This document shows positions 1-19,030 of a stretch of DNA of 64,000 nt, one piece after another. The notes below the pieces were generated by a model. It was not told where the DNA came from. It did no database searches and worked only from the letters and a program-made list of their open reading frames with translations. This stretch comes from the human T2T-CHM13v2.0 reference genome, Homo sapiens, in assembly GCF_009914755.1 (NCBI RefSeq), contig NC_060926.1. The stretch is one strand, 5' to 3'. Position numbers and translations under genes: made by a program. Position 1 is the first letter of the stretch. Each line of letters starts with the position of its first letter.

Positions 1-404
1 AGTTCAATGTGGGTCTGCATACCTGCACAGCTCTCTTCCAGGCAGTCTCTCATGATTTTGGGCCATTTATCATTTTTAGCTATGCTGCCTTGCACATGTG
101 CCTTCCAGATTTATTGTGGGAGAAGAGCTATGTATGGAGATATGCCAGCTTTTTACTGCCTTACCCTGAACTGGAAGCATGTCATCACTATTTGCAGCCC
201 ATTGGCCAGCCATTGGCAGTGAATTGGAAGGGAGCATGTAGCTATCTGGTGAGCACTGTCTTTGCCATAAGGCCCTCATTTTACAGATGAGAAAACTGCA
301 AGAGAAAACTATGGTAAGGCACCACAAACCTAGTTCATCCAAAACCACGCAGTTACTGGGTAGAGAGTCTGAAGGTTGTACCAGATCTAAGAATCACTAT
401 TTTT

Positions 405-1154
<750 letters not shown>

Positions 1155-1479
1155 CTATTGCTTGTTTGATTTCTGTGTGCAATTTGATGCTGGGACCTAG
1201 TTATCCATCAGGCGTAGTAGTCATACTACTTAGAACCAGAATTCTTTTAGGGACCCATAGAAATATTTTAATTTTAATTTCTTTTAAAATTAGAGGAAAA
1301 ATGAATATAACACTAATGAATATATTATAATGAATCCAGTCTTGCTTATACTTGCTTATACTAATGTTTAACATAATTTTCAGTATTTCTTAATGAAGGA
1401 AGGGATACATTAAGGCAAAGATGTCTAGGGACCACACAAATTATAATGAAGCCTTGGTTAATATCTTGCCCTCATTCTT

Positions 1480-1917
1480 TTTTTTAATCGTACTATTGCT
1501 TTCTTTTTAAAATTTTTAAATATATTTTTTAATAGCTTTGGGGCTACAAGTGGTTTTTGTTTACATGGATGAATTATATAGTGGTTAATTCTGAGACTTT
1601 AGTGCAATTGTCACCAGACTAGTGTCCCCTTCTAAGTCTCCAAAGTCCATTATATCACTCTGTGTGCCTTCCCATATATTCATAGCTTAGCTCCCACTTA
1701 TAAGTGAGAACACATGGTATTTGGTTTTCCATTCCTGAGTTACTTCTCTCAGAATAATGGCCTCTAGCTTCATCCAAGTTGCTGCCAAAGACATTATTTT
1801 ATTCCTTCTTATGGCCAAGTAGTATTCCATTATGTATATATACCACATTTTCTTTATCTACTCATTCGTCAATGGGCACTTAGGTTGGTTCCAAATCTTG
1901 GCAATTGTGAATTGGGT
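1480..1917 (-). mobile_element. 5'-truncated L1 3' end (L1PB-like)
   Basis: T-rich tail then L1 3'UTR sequence; TSD TCTTGC(C/A)CTCATTCTT at about 1464-1479 and 1918-1933. Confidence 0.8.
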
Positions 1918-1954
1918 TCTTGCACTCATTCTTAATAAATATATATTGGGAGAT

Positions 1955-2180
1955 AATGTACACAGTGGTTAAGAGCATGGGACTTGGAAACAAAGAAACG
2001 TGGGTTTCAATTTTTTTGACTGCCACTTATTAGCACTTCAGCCAAGTGACTTAATCTACATCTGCAATTCTGCATATGTAAAATGGAAATATTACCACGT
2101 GTCTTTTAATATTCTTGTGAAGAGCAAATGAAATTCTATCATATGTGGAGTCCCTTAAGTAGTAAACCATAAATAATAGC
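1955..2180 (+). mobile_element. MIR SINE remnant
   Basis: CAGTGGTTAAGAGCATGGGACT..CTGCCACTTATTAGC..CAAGTGACTTAA..TGTAAAATGG core. Confidence 0.65.
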
Positions 2181-2269
2181 TACCGCATTACTTTTGTTAT
2201 TTTTCTACTTCTCTTTAATAAGAAAAGTATTATTTTATTTCTCTTATTGCTATTCCTCATAATCATAGG

Positions 2270-2745
2270 TAGATTATTTATTGCTTGTGTAGAAAATTAT
2301 CCCACAGTTTAGTGGCTTAAAAGAACAAACATGTATTAATTCACAGTTTCTGTGGGTTGGGCATTCAGAATGGCTTAGCTGGGTGGTTCTGACTTGACAT
2401 CTCTTTTGGCTGTAGGCAAGATGTTGCATGGGGCTGCAGTCATTCAAAAGCTTGACTGAGGCTGGAAACTTTGCTTCCAAGATGGAGCACTCACATGCCT
2501 GTTGACAAGAGGCTTCAGATCCTTGAGAAAAGGACATCTCCAAAGGGCTGCTTGGGTGGTACCACATGATAGCTGACTTTCCCCAGAGCAAGCCGTCCAA
2601 GAGAGTGAAGCAAGGAGGAAATTGCAGTGCCTTTTATGACTTAGTCTCAGAAGTCACATATGATTATTTTCTATTCATTAGCAGTGAGTCACTAAGTCCA
2701 GCTCACACTCAAGAAAAGAGGAATTAGGCTTCATCTTTGGGAGAA
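2270..2745. mobile_element. Old MaLR LTR (MLT1-type)
   Basis: AGTTTAGTGGCTTAAAA..TCACAGTTTCTGTGGGT..GGCTTAGCTGGGTGG..GCTTCCAAGATGG motifs typical of MLT1. Confidence 0.6.
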
Positions 2746-3342
2746 GTATTTCCCAAAACATATTGAATGTAGTGTTCAAAATTACTCGATTGACTTACTG
2801 ATCTTATGTACCAGGCAATGTCCTCTGAGGTTTCAAAGAATGAATAAGCACTTTCCTGCTCCCAGTGGATTTTTAGTAGATTATAATTATAGAATTATAA
2901 ATGCAATAAAGTCTTATAAGTGCTCTGCTAGAAATCTGTCCAAAGTACAATGGTATCTGAAAGATTTAATAGTGTATGGGAAAGCACTATGTAAACTGTG
3001 AAGGGCAAAGTAAATGTGAGGTATTGAGCTTTAGGGTTTATGGCAACTTGGAACATAGATTTTAGATTATGCTGTATTACAAAAATTTGACTTTCTAAGC
3101 CAGTCCTCTTTGTTGACGTTTTGTTTGAACAATGACACACTGCCATAAAGGTTATGTGCAGTAGGCCCCAAGTGACCCAAAATCTGTACAGAGCCATTTA
3201 TGTTTATATATTTATTTTAAATTGACAAATAATAATTGTATATACTTATGGGATACAATCTAATTTTTAAAAATTTTGTATTTTTAAATTTTGTGGGTAT
3301 ACAGTAGATTTATATTTTTATAGGGCACATGAGATATTTTGA

Positions 3343-3724
<382 letters not shown>

Positions 3725-5342
3725 TACAATTATACTATTTTAGTTATTTTTAAATGTACAATAAATTATGTTTGACTATATTCACCCTATTGTACTATCA
3801 AATACTAGATCATATTCATTCTATCTAACTGTATTTTTGTACCCATGAACCCTTCCCTCTTACCCCCTCCCACTACCCTTCCTAGCTTCTGGTAACTATC
3901 ATTCAACTCTCTATCTCCATGAGTTCAACTGTTTAAATTTTTAGCTCCCACAAATAAGTGAGAACATGTGAAGTGTGTCTTTCTGTGCCTGGTTTATTTC
4001 ACTTAACATAATGACTTCCTGTCCCATCCATGCTGTTATGATGGGATATCATTGTTTATATGTATGTACCACATTTTCTTTATCCTTCATCTATGAATGG
4101 CCACTTAGGTTGTTTCCAAATCTTGGCTATTGTGACTAGCACTGCAGTAAACATGGGAGTGCAGATATCTCTTCTATATACTGATTTCCTCTCTTTTAGA
4201 TACACAGCTGGCAGTGAGATTGCTGAGTGATATGGCAGCTCTATTTTTAGTGTTTTGAAGACCCTTCAAACAGTTCTCCATGGTGTCTGTACTAAGTTAC
4301 ATTCTCACCAACAGTGTACAAGGGTGCCCTTTTCTCCACTTCGTCACCAGCACTTGTAATTACCTATCTTTTGGATACAAGCCATCTTAACTAGGGTGAA
4401 ATGATATCTTATTGTAGTTTTGATTTGCATTTCTCTGATGAGCAGTGATGTTGAGCACATTTTAGTACACCTGTTTGCTATTTGTCTTTTTTTGAGAAGT
4501 GTCTATTCAAATCTTTTACTCACTTTTTAATCAAATTATTTGATTTTTTCATATAGAATTATTTGAATCCCTTATATATTCTGGTTATTGAATCCCTTAT
4601 ATATTCTGGTTATTAATCCCTTGACAGATGGATGGTTCACAAATATTTTCTTCCATTCTATGGGTTGTCTCTTTGTTGATTGTTTCCTTTGCTGTGCAGA
4701 ATCTTTTTAACTTGATGTGATCCTACTTGTCCATTTTTGCTTTGGTTGCCTGTACTTGTGGGGTATTACTCAAGAAACCTTTGCCAAATCCAGTGTTCTA
4801 AAGAGCTTCCCCAATATTTTCTTGTAGGAGTTTCATAGTTTGAGGTCTTAGATTTAAGTCTTTAATCCATGTTTAATTGATTTTTACATGTGACAAGAAG
4901 CAGGTGTCTAGTTTCATTCTTCTGCATACAGATATTCAGTTTTCCTAGCACCATTTATTGAAGAGACTGTCCTTTCCCCAGTGTATGTTCTTTGAACCTT
5001 TGTCAAAAATGAGTTTGCTGTAGATGTATGGATTTTTTTCTGGGTTCTCTATTTTGTTCTATTGGTCTTTGTGTCTGTTTTATGACAGTTCCATGCTGTT
5101 TGGGTTACTATAGCTTTGTAGCACAGTTTGAAGTCCGGTAATATAATTCCTCCAGTTTTGTTGTTTTTGCTCAGGACAGCTTAGGCTACTCTGGGTCTTT
5201 TGTGTTTTTATATAAATTTTAGGATTGTTTTTTCTATTTCTGTGAAGAATGTTATTGGTATTTTCATAGGGCTTGCATTGAATCTGTAGATTGCTTTAGG
5301 TAGTGTGAACATTTTAATAAGATTTATTCTTCCAATCAATGA

Positions 5343-5588
<246 letters not shown>

Positions 5589-7094
5589 TAATTCCTAGGT
5601 ATTTAATTTATATGTAACTATTGTAAGTGGAATTACTTTTTAAATTTGTTTTTTCAGATTATTTGCCATTGAAATATAGAAATGCTACTGATTTTTGTAT
5701 GCTGATTTTGTATCTTGCAACTTTACTGAATTTGTTTTTTAGTTCCAATGGTTTTTCAGTGGAATCTTCAATTTTTTCCAAATCTGCAAGTAATGACAAT
5801 GTAATTGGACTTCTTCCTTTCCAATTTGTATGCTCTTTATTTCTTTCTCTTGTCTGATTGCTCTAGCTAGGACTTCCCATACTATGTTGAATAACAGCGG
5901 TGACAGTGTCTTTGTCATGGACAATGTCCATGTCATGATCCAGTGTCCTTGTCATGGACAATGTCCTTGTCATGTTCCAGATCCTAGAGGAAAGAGTTTC
6001 AGTTTTTTCCCATTCAATATGATAGCGGCAATGTTTCTGTCTTTTATGGCTTTTATTGTGTCGAGATATGTTTTTTCTATACCTAATTTTTAAAGGGTTT
6101 TTATCATGAAGACATGTTGAATTTTATCAAATGCTTTTTCAATATCAATTGAAAAGATGATATGGTTTTTGTCCTTCATTCTGTTGATACGATGTGTCAC
6201 ATTGACTGATTTGCACATGTTGAGCCATTCTCGCATCCTGGGATAAATCGCGCTTGGTCATGATGAATGATATCTTTAATGTGTTATTGAATTTGATTTG
6301 CTAGTATTTTGTTGAGGATTTTTGCATCAACATTTATCAGGGATATTGGCCTATAGTTTTTTGTTTGTTTGTTTTAATGTGTGTTTGTCTGGTTTTGGTA
6401 TCAAGATAATACTGCCCACCATATAATGAGTTTGGAAATATTCCTTCCTCCTCTATTTTTCAGAATAGTTAAAGTAGGTTTGGTATTAGTTCTTCTTTTA
6501 ATGCTCGGTAAAATCCAGCAAAGAAACCATTGGGTCCTGGGCTTTTCTTTGCTGGGAGACTTTTTATTATGGCTTTGGTCTTGTTACTTGTTATTGATCT
6601 GTTCAAGTTTTGGATTCTTCATGGTTCAACCATGGTAGAAGGCTATCCATTTCTTCTAGGCTTTCCAATTTATTCGCATGTAGTTGCTCATAGTAGCCTC
6701 TAATAATCCTTTGAATTTCTGTGCTCTCGGTTGTAATGCCTCCTTTTTCATCTCTGATCTTATTTATTTGGGTCTCCTCTCTTTTTTCCTTAATCTGGTA
6801 AAGGTTTGCTGGCTTTGTTTATATTTTCAAAAGATTAACTCTTAATTTTCTTGATGTTTTTATTGTTTTCTTCATTTCAATTTCATTTATTTCTGGTTAG
6901 ATCTTTATTGTTTATTATCTTCTAATTTTGAGTTGGGTTTGCACTTTTCTGGTTCTTTAAAATGCATCATTAGGGCTTTTTGTGAGTTTTTTTTTTTGAT
7001 GTAGGCAATTATAGCTATAAATTTTTCCTCTTAATACTGCTTTCACTGTGTTCCATAGGTTTTGGTATGTTGTGTTTCCATTATCATTTGTTAA

Positions 7095-7453
<359 letters not shown>

Positions 7454-7989
7454 TAATTTCCATGTGTTTGCATAGTTTCCAAAATTCCTCTCGTTATTGA
7501 TTCCTAGTTTTCTTCCATTATGGTCAGAGAAGATACGTAACATAATTTCATTTTTTAAAAATTAATTAACACTTGTTTTGTGGCCTAACATATTGTTTAT
7601 CCATGATAATGATCCATGTACTGAGGAGAAAAATGTATATTCTGCAACCATTAGGTGAAATGTTCTGTAAATATCTATTAGGTCCATTAGGTCTATAGCA
7701 CAGGTTAAGTCCAAAGTTGGTTTGTTGATTTTCTGTCTGGATAATTTGTCCAATAATGAAAGTAGAATGTTGAAATCTTCAGCTAATACTGTATTGTGGT
7801 CTATCTTTTTAGCGCTAAAAGTATCTGCTTTATATATCTGAGTGGTCCAATGTTGGGAGCATATATATTTATAATTGTTATATCTTCTTGCTGAATTGAC
7901 CCCTTTATTTATATAATAACCTTTTTTGTCTCTTTTATAGTTTTTGTCTTGAAATCTATTTAGTTACATATAAGTATAGCTCTCCTTTT

Positions 7990-8303
<314 letters not shown>

Positions 8304-8484
8304 TTCCTCCTCCACTGCCGCCGCTGCCTCCTCCGCTGCCACCGCCTCCTCCTCCTCCCCCTCTCCCTCCTCCCCCTCCTCCCCCCTCCCTCCTCCCCCG
8401 CCGCCGCCGCCGCCGCCTCCTCCTCCTCCTCCTCCTCCTCCTCCTCCTCCTCCTCCTCCACCGCCTCCTCCTCCACCTCCTCCT
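8304..8484. repeat. Compound (CCT)n/(CCG)n low-complexity repeat
   Basis: Includes (CCG)6 at 8398-8415 directly followed by (CCT)14 at 8416-8457. Confidence 0.95.
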
Positions 8485-8594
8485 GGTTTCCATTTGCATG
8501 GAATATCTTTTTCCATCTCTTTATGTTTACATGCATCTTTATAGATGAAGTGTATTTTTTGTGGGAAATAGATTGTTGGGTCTTGTGGCTTTTT

Positions 8595-12555
<3,961 letters not shown>

Positions 12556-13164
12556 TCTTGTGGCTTTTTAAAAATCATTCAGCCACTCAATCTCTTTTGA
12601 TTGTAAAGTTTTGTTTATTTACATTCAATGTTATTACTATAAGTGAAGACTTACTTCTGTCATTTTGTTACTTGTTTTCTGGTTGTTTTGTCGTCTTTTT
12701 TCCTTCCTTCTGGTCTTCCTTTTAGTGAAGGTGATATGTTTTAATTTCTTGCTTTTTATTTTTTGTGTATGTGTTGTGTGTTCTTTTACTTGAGGTTACC
12801 ATGAGGCTTGCAAATAATATCTTATAACCCAATACTTTAAACTGATGACAACACTGGTTGCATAAGCAAACAAATAAGCAAAAAGAAAATGAATAAAAAC
12901 TCTATACTTTAACTTTCCTCCCCTGCTTTTTAACTTTTTGTTGTTTCTATTTATATTGTGTGGTACTATGTCTTGTAAAGTTGTCATAGTTATTTTTTTT
13001 TTGGTTTCTGTTTTAGTCTTTCTGCTCAAGATTGAGTAGTTTATACACCACAATTACAGTGTTATAATATTCAGTGCTTTTCTATGTACTTACAGTTACC
13101 AGTGAATTTTGTACCTTTGGGTGATTTCTTACTGCTTTTTAACCTACCTACCTACCTTCCTGCC

Positions 13165-13937
13165 TTTCTTTTCTTTTCTTTCTTTCTTTTCTCTTTTTTT
13201 TTTTTTTTTTTTTTGAGTTGGAGTCTTGTTCTATCACCCAAGCTGGAGTGCAGTATCTTGGCTTTTTGCAACTTCCCCTTCCTGGGTTTAAGTGATCCTC
13301 CCACTTCAGTCTTCCAAGTAGCTAGTGTGTAACGGATCTTGGAGCCCCCAAATCACCAGGCTAAAGGGAAAAGTCAAGCTGGGAACTGCTTAGGGCAAAC
13401 CTGCCTCCCATTCTATTCAAAGTCACCCCTCTGCTCACTGAGATAAATTCATATCTGATTGCCTCCTTTGGAGAGGCTAATCAGAAACTCAAAAGAATGC
13501 AACCATTTGTCTCTTATCTACTTATAACCTGGAAGCCTTCTCTCCACTTCAAGCTGTTCCCCCTTTCCAGACCCACCCAATGTTCATCTTACATATGTTG
13601 GTTGATGTCTCATATCTCCCTGAAATGTATAAAACCAAATTGTGCTCTGACCACCTTGGGCCCATGTCGTCAGGACTTCCTGAGGCTGTCATGGGTGCAC
13701 ATTCTCATCCTTGGCAAAATAAACTTTCTAAATTAACTGAGATCTGTCTCAGATTTTCTGGGTTCACACTAGGATTACAGGCATGTGCCACCACTCCAGG
13801 CTATTTTTTTTTTTTTAAGTAGAGATGGGGTTTTGCTATGTTGGCCAAGCTGGTCTCAAACTCTTGGCCTTAAGTGATCTGCTCAACTTGACCTCCCAAA
13901 GTGCTGGGATTACAGGCATGTGCCACCGTTCCCAGCC
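13165..13937 (-). mobile_element. Old Alu (AluJ/S-like) interrupted by an LTR
   Basis: Right arm 13165-13325; the remainder resumes at 13769 (CTAGGATTACAGGCATG..) and runs to 13937. Confidence 0.8.
13326..13768 (+). mobile_element. Solo ERV1 LTR (MER4A-like)
   Basis: TG...CA ends, AAAGGGAAAAGTCAAGCTGGGAACTGC motif, AATAAA near the 3' end, 4-bp TSD CTAG (13322-13325, 13769-13772). Confidence 0.8.
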
Positions 13938-16788
13938 TATCCTTTTCTGTCTGATTGAAGAACTCCCTTTAGCATTTCTTACAGGACAGGTCTGGTGTTG
14001 AAATCTCTCAGCTTCTGTGTGGTAAAGTTTTTATTTCTTCTTCATGTTTGAAGGATATTTTGCTGGATATGCTATTCTAGGATAAAAGTTATTTTCCTTC
14101 AGCACAATAAATATGTCATGCCACTGTCTCCTGGACTGTAAGTTTTACACTGAAACGTCTGCTGCCAAATGTATTGGAGCTCCCTTGTAGGTTATTTCTT
14201 TTCTCTTAATGCTTTTAAGATCTTTTCTTTATCCTTGACTTTTGGTAGTTTGATTATTAAATGTCTTGAGATAGTCTTATTTGGGCTAAATCTGCTTGGT
14301 ACTGTATAACCTTCTTGTACTGGGTATTGATATCTTTCTCTAGGTTTGGGAAGTTCTCTGTTATCTCTTTGAATAAACTTTATACTCCTCTCTCTCTCTG
14401 CCTCCTCTTGAAGGTGAATAACTCTTAGATTTGCTATTTTGAGGCTATTTTCTAGATCTTGTAGGCATGCTTCATTCTTTTCTATTCGTTTGTCACTTTT
14501 GACTGTGTATTTTCAGATAGCCTGTCTTCAAGCTTACTTATTCTTTCTTCTGCTTGATCAATTCTGCTGGTAAGAGACCCTTACGTTCTTTAGTATGTCA
14601 GTTGCATTTTTCAACTCAAGAATTCTGCTAGATTCTTTTTAATTATTTCAATCTCTTTGTTAAATTTATCTGATGAGATTCCAAATTCTTTCTTTGTGTT
14701 ACCTTGATTTCATTGAGTTTCCTCAAAAGAGCTATTTTGAATCATCTATCTGAAAGATCACATATCTGTCTCTCCAGGGTTGGTCCCTGGGGCCTTATTT
14801 AATTGATTTGGTGAAATCATATTTTCCTGCATGGTCTTGATGCTAGTCAATGTTTGTTAGTATCTGGGCATTGAAGAATTATGCATTTATTGTATTCTTC
14901 ACAGTCTGGGCTTGTTTGTACCCATCCTTCTTGGGAAGGCTTTCAAGGTATCCAAAGGGACTTCAGTGTTGTAATCTAAGTTTTCAGTCACTACAGCCAT
15001 ATCTGAATTAGGGGGCAATGCAATTCCAGTAACGCTGTGGCTCTTGTAGGCTTGTAGAGGTATCACCTTGGTGGTCTTGGTTAAGATCTGGAAGAATTCT
15101 CTGAATTACCAGGAAAAGCCTCTTATTCTCTTCCCTTTCTTTCAAACAAACAAAATTGCTCTGTGCTGAACTACCTGGAGCTAGGGACGCAGTAACACAA
15201 GCACCCCTGTGGCCACCAGCACTGGTACTGTGCTGGGTCAGACTTGAAGCCAGCACAGAACCAGGTCTTGCCCAAAGCCCACAGTAACTACTACCTGGCT
15301 ACTGCCTAGGTTCAGTCAAGGCCCTAGGGCTCTGCAATCAGCAGGTGGTGAGGCCAGCTAGGCTTGTGTCCTTCCCTTCAGGGCGACAAGTTCTCCTAGG
15401 CCATGGGCAGGTCCAGAGATTCTGTCCAGGAGCCAGGGCCTAGAGTCGGAAACCTTAGAAATCTACCTGGTGCTTTATTCTACTGCAGTCAAGCTTGCAC
15501 CCAAGCCACAAGACCATGTTCTTCCCACTCTTCCCTCCCCTTTCCACAAGAAGAGGAGTCTCTCTCCATGGCTAACACCACTTTAGGCCTGTGGCGAGTA
15601 CTGCCTAGCTACCATTAATATTCACTAAGGCCCAAGGGCTCTTCAGCTTGTGGTCAATGCTGCCACGCCTGTGACTCTCCCTTCAGGGCAGTGGGCTCTC
15701 CTCTGACCCAGGACAGGTCTAGAAATGCTGTCCAGGAGCCAAGGTCGGGAACTGGGGATCTGAAGAGTCTGCTTGGTGCTCTACCCTACTTCGGCCAACC
15801 TGGTATCTCAGCTGCAATACAAAAGCTCCTTTACTCTTTCCTCTCCTTTTCTCAAGCAGAAGGAGTCTCTCCTCATAGCTGCCACAGCTGGGAATGTGCT
15901 GGGTCACACCTGAAGCCAACACATCCCTGAGTCTCATCCAAGGCCTATGGCTTGTACTGCCTGGGTATTACTCCTGATTATTCATGGCCCAAGGGCTCTT
16001 TAGTCAGCAGGTGATGAATCCTGCCAGGATTGGGTTCTTCCCTTCAAGGCAGAAGTCCTCTTCTGGCCCAGATGTGTCAAGAAATGTCGTCCAGGAGCTA
16101 GGATCTGGAATGGTGGCCTCAGGACTCTGCCTGATGCCATATCCTACTGTGGCTGAGCTGGTATCAAAGCTACAAGACAATGTCATCTTTACTCTTCCCT
16201 CTCTTCTCCTCAAGCAAAGGAAAGCAGTTTCTCCTGAAACTGTAACCTGTGCTGCCTAGGGTTTGCTGAGGGGTGACACAAACCAAACAGTCCCTTGGCT
16301 GCCCTGGTTAGTGTCTCACTAGGTTACTTGCCCCCAAAGTCCACTGGCTCCAAGTCCAGCAAAGCACCAGGACTTGCCCAGGAATTATAGTCCTTGTGGC
16401 CAAGATTGCCTTTTAAGTTTATTTAGAGCCCCAGAACACTTTAGGCCTGCAGTGGTGGGACTTGCATGAAGTCAGGTTCTGACCGCTGGTATGGGCAATT
16501 CTCCTGTGGTTAGGCTAGGGTTGGTCTAAATGCTTCCTCTGTAGGCATCAGCTGAGTTCTGCCTGGCATTGCTTTCTGCTGTGACCAGACAGCACTGAGT
16601 TTTAATGCAAAGTCCCACAATCACTGCACTTTCCCTCCAACAAGCACACAGATTCTCTCTCCACACCACATAGCCACAGCCAGGGGATGCCGGAGGGGTG
16701 GCATCAGCAATTCAAGGCTGTCTTTCCTATCGTCTTCAGGGCCTCTTTCAGTGATATGAAGTTAAAACCAGAAACTGTGATCACTCAC

Positions 16789-17339
16789 TGTGATGGCTAA
16801 TATTGAGTGTCCACTTGATTGGATTGAAGGATGCAAAATATTGTCCCTGGGTGTGTCTATGAGAGTGTTGCCAAAGGAGATTAACATCTGAGTCCATGGA
16901 CTGGGAGAGGCAGACCCACCGTCAATCTGGGTGGGCACCATCTAATCAGCTGCCAACGTGGCTAGAATAAAAGCAAGCAGAAGAACATGGATGGACTTGA
17001 CTCACTGAATCTTCTGGCCTTCATCTTTCTTTCTGTGCTGGATGCTTCCAGCCCTCAAACATCTGACTCCAAGTTCTTCAGTTTTCAGACTCTTAGACAT
17101 ACACCAGTGATTTGCCAGGGGCTCTTGGGCCTTCGGACACATCCTGAAGGCTGCACTATCGACTTCCCTACTTTTGAGGTTTGGGGACGTGGACTGGCTT
17201 CCTTGCTCCTCAGCTTGCAGATGGCCTATTATAGGACATCACCTTGTGATCATGTGAGTCAGTACTCCTTAATAAACTCCCCTTCTTATATACATCTATC
17301 CTATTAGCTCTGTCCCTCTAGAGAACCCTGACTAATACA
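16789..17339 (+). mobile_element. Solo ERVL LTR (MLT2A-like)
   Basis: TGTGATGGCTAATATTGAGTGTCCACTTGATTGGATTGAAGG start, AGAACCCTGACTAATACA end, 5-bp TSD CTCAC. Confidence 0.85.
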
Positions 17340-17948
17340 CTCACCAAATTTTGGGTTCTTAGGAAGGTGCTTCTTTGTGTGGATAGTTGTTCAATTTGTT
17401 GTTCCTGCAGGGAAGACAATAAATGAAGACTTCTATTTGGCCATCTTTGCTCTGCCTCTGAATGAACAATGTAATGTTTTGGGATATACATACATACATA
17501 CATACACACACACATACACAAGCACATATTATGGATATCAAGAAAATTAACATATTTATCGCTTCACATGTTTTTTTTTTTGTAGTGACAAAATTTAAAA
17601 TATATTGTTTTAGCAATTTTTAAATATTCATCACATTATTATTAACTATAGTCACTTTGCTGTGCAATAGATTTTGAAAGCTTTTTCCCTTTGTCTAAAT
17701 GGAACTTTGTACCATATAGTCAGTCTCTCCATTCTCCAGTCCCCCTACCCCCTACCCTCCAGCCTCTGTAGCCGCCACTCTATTTTCTACCTCTACAAGT
17801 TTGATTTTTTTAGATTCCACATAAAAGTGAGATCATGGAGTATTTGTCTTGCTGTGCCTGGTTTATTTCAATTGGCATCATGTTCTCCAGCTTCAACTGT
17901 GTTGCAAAAAATAACAGAATCTCCTCCCTTTTTAAGCTAAATAGTATT

Positions 17949-17965
17949 GTGTGTGTGTATATATG

Positions 17966-18004
<39 letters not shown>
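17949..18004. repeat. (TG)n(TA)n(CA)n microsatellite
   Basis: Direct reading of the sequence. Confidence 0.9.
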
Positions 18005-19030
18005 CATATTTTTCTTATTCATCTATTGATGGACACTTAGGCTGATTTAATAGCTTGGCTATTGTGAATAACTCTGCAATGAACATGGGGTGGAAATATC
18101 TCTTCAATATACTGATTTCAATTGGAATTGAAATACCCAGAAGTGGGATTGCTGGATCATACGTTAATTCTCTTTTTAGTTTTTTGAGGAACCTCCATAC
18201 TGTTCTCCATAATGGATGTGCTAATGTAAATTCTCACCAACAATGTGCAAGCGTTTTGTTAGTTCCATATCCTTACCAACACTTCTCTTTCATATTTTTG
18301 ATAATTGCCATTCTAACAGATAATGATGTGATATCTCATTGTGATTTTAATTTGCATTCTCTGATTAGTGATGTTGATTTTTTTCCATAAACCTCTCGCC
18401 CATTTGTATATCTTCTTTTGAGAAATATCTATTGAAGTCTTTTGTCCACTTTTAATCAGGTTATTTGTTTTCTTGCTGTTGAGTTTTTCAAATTCCTTAT
18501 ATATTTTAAATATTAGCCCCATATTAGATATATGGTTTTCAAATATTTCCTCTCATTCTGTGAGTTGTCTCTTCACACTGTTGTTTCTTTTGCTGTGTAG
18601 AAGCTTTTTGGTTTGATGTAATCTCATTTGTCTACTTTTGCTTTTGTTGCCTGTGCTTTAAGGATCATATCCCAAAAATCATTATCTAACCCAATGTCAA
18701 GGAGCTTTTCCCCTATGTTTTCTTCTAGTAGTCTTATAGTTTCAGGTCTTTCATTTAAGTCATTAATATATTTTGAGTTGATTTTTGTGTAAGAGGTAAG
18801 ATAAGGGCCCAATTTTGTTCTTTTTTATGTGGATATCTAGTTTTTATTAAAAAATACCTAGTTTTAGTTTCATTTTATATCTACTATTTATTGAAGAGAC
18901 TGTTTTTTCCTATTGTGTGTTCTTGGCATATTTATAGAAAATCAACTGACCACAGATACATTGATTTATTTCTGGACTCTCTATCCTGTTTCATTGGCCA
19001 AAGTGTCTGTTTTTTATGCCAGTGCCATGC

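Noticed and set aside
4564-4613. Perfect 25-bp tandem duplication
   Set aside because: Ordinary slippage inside a dead L1
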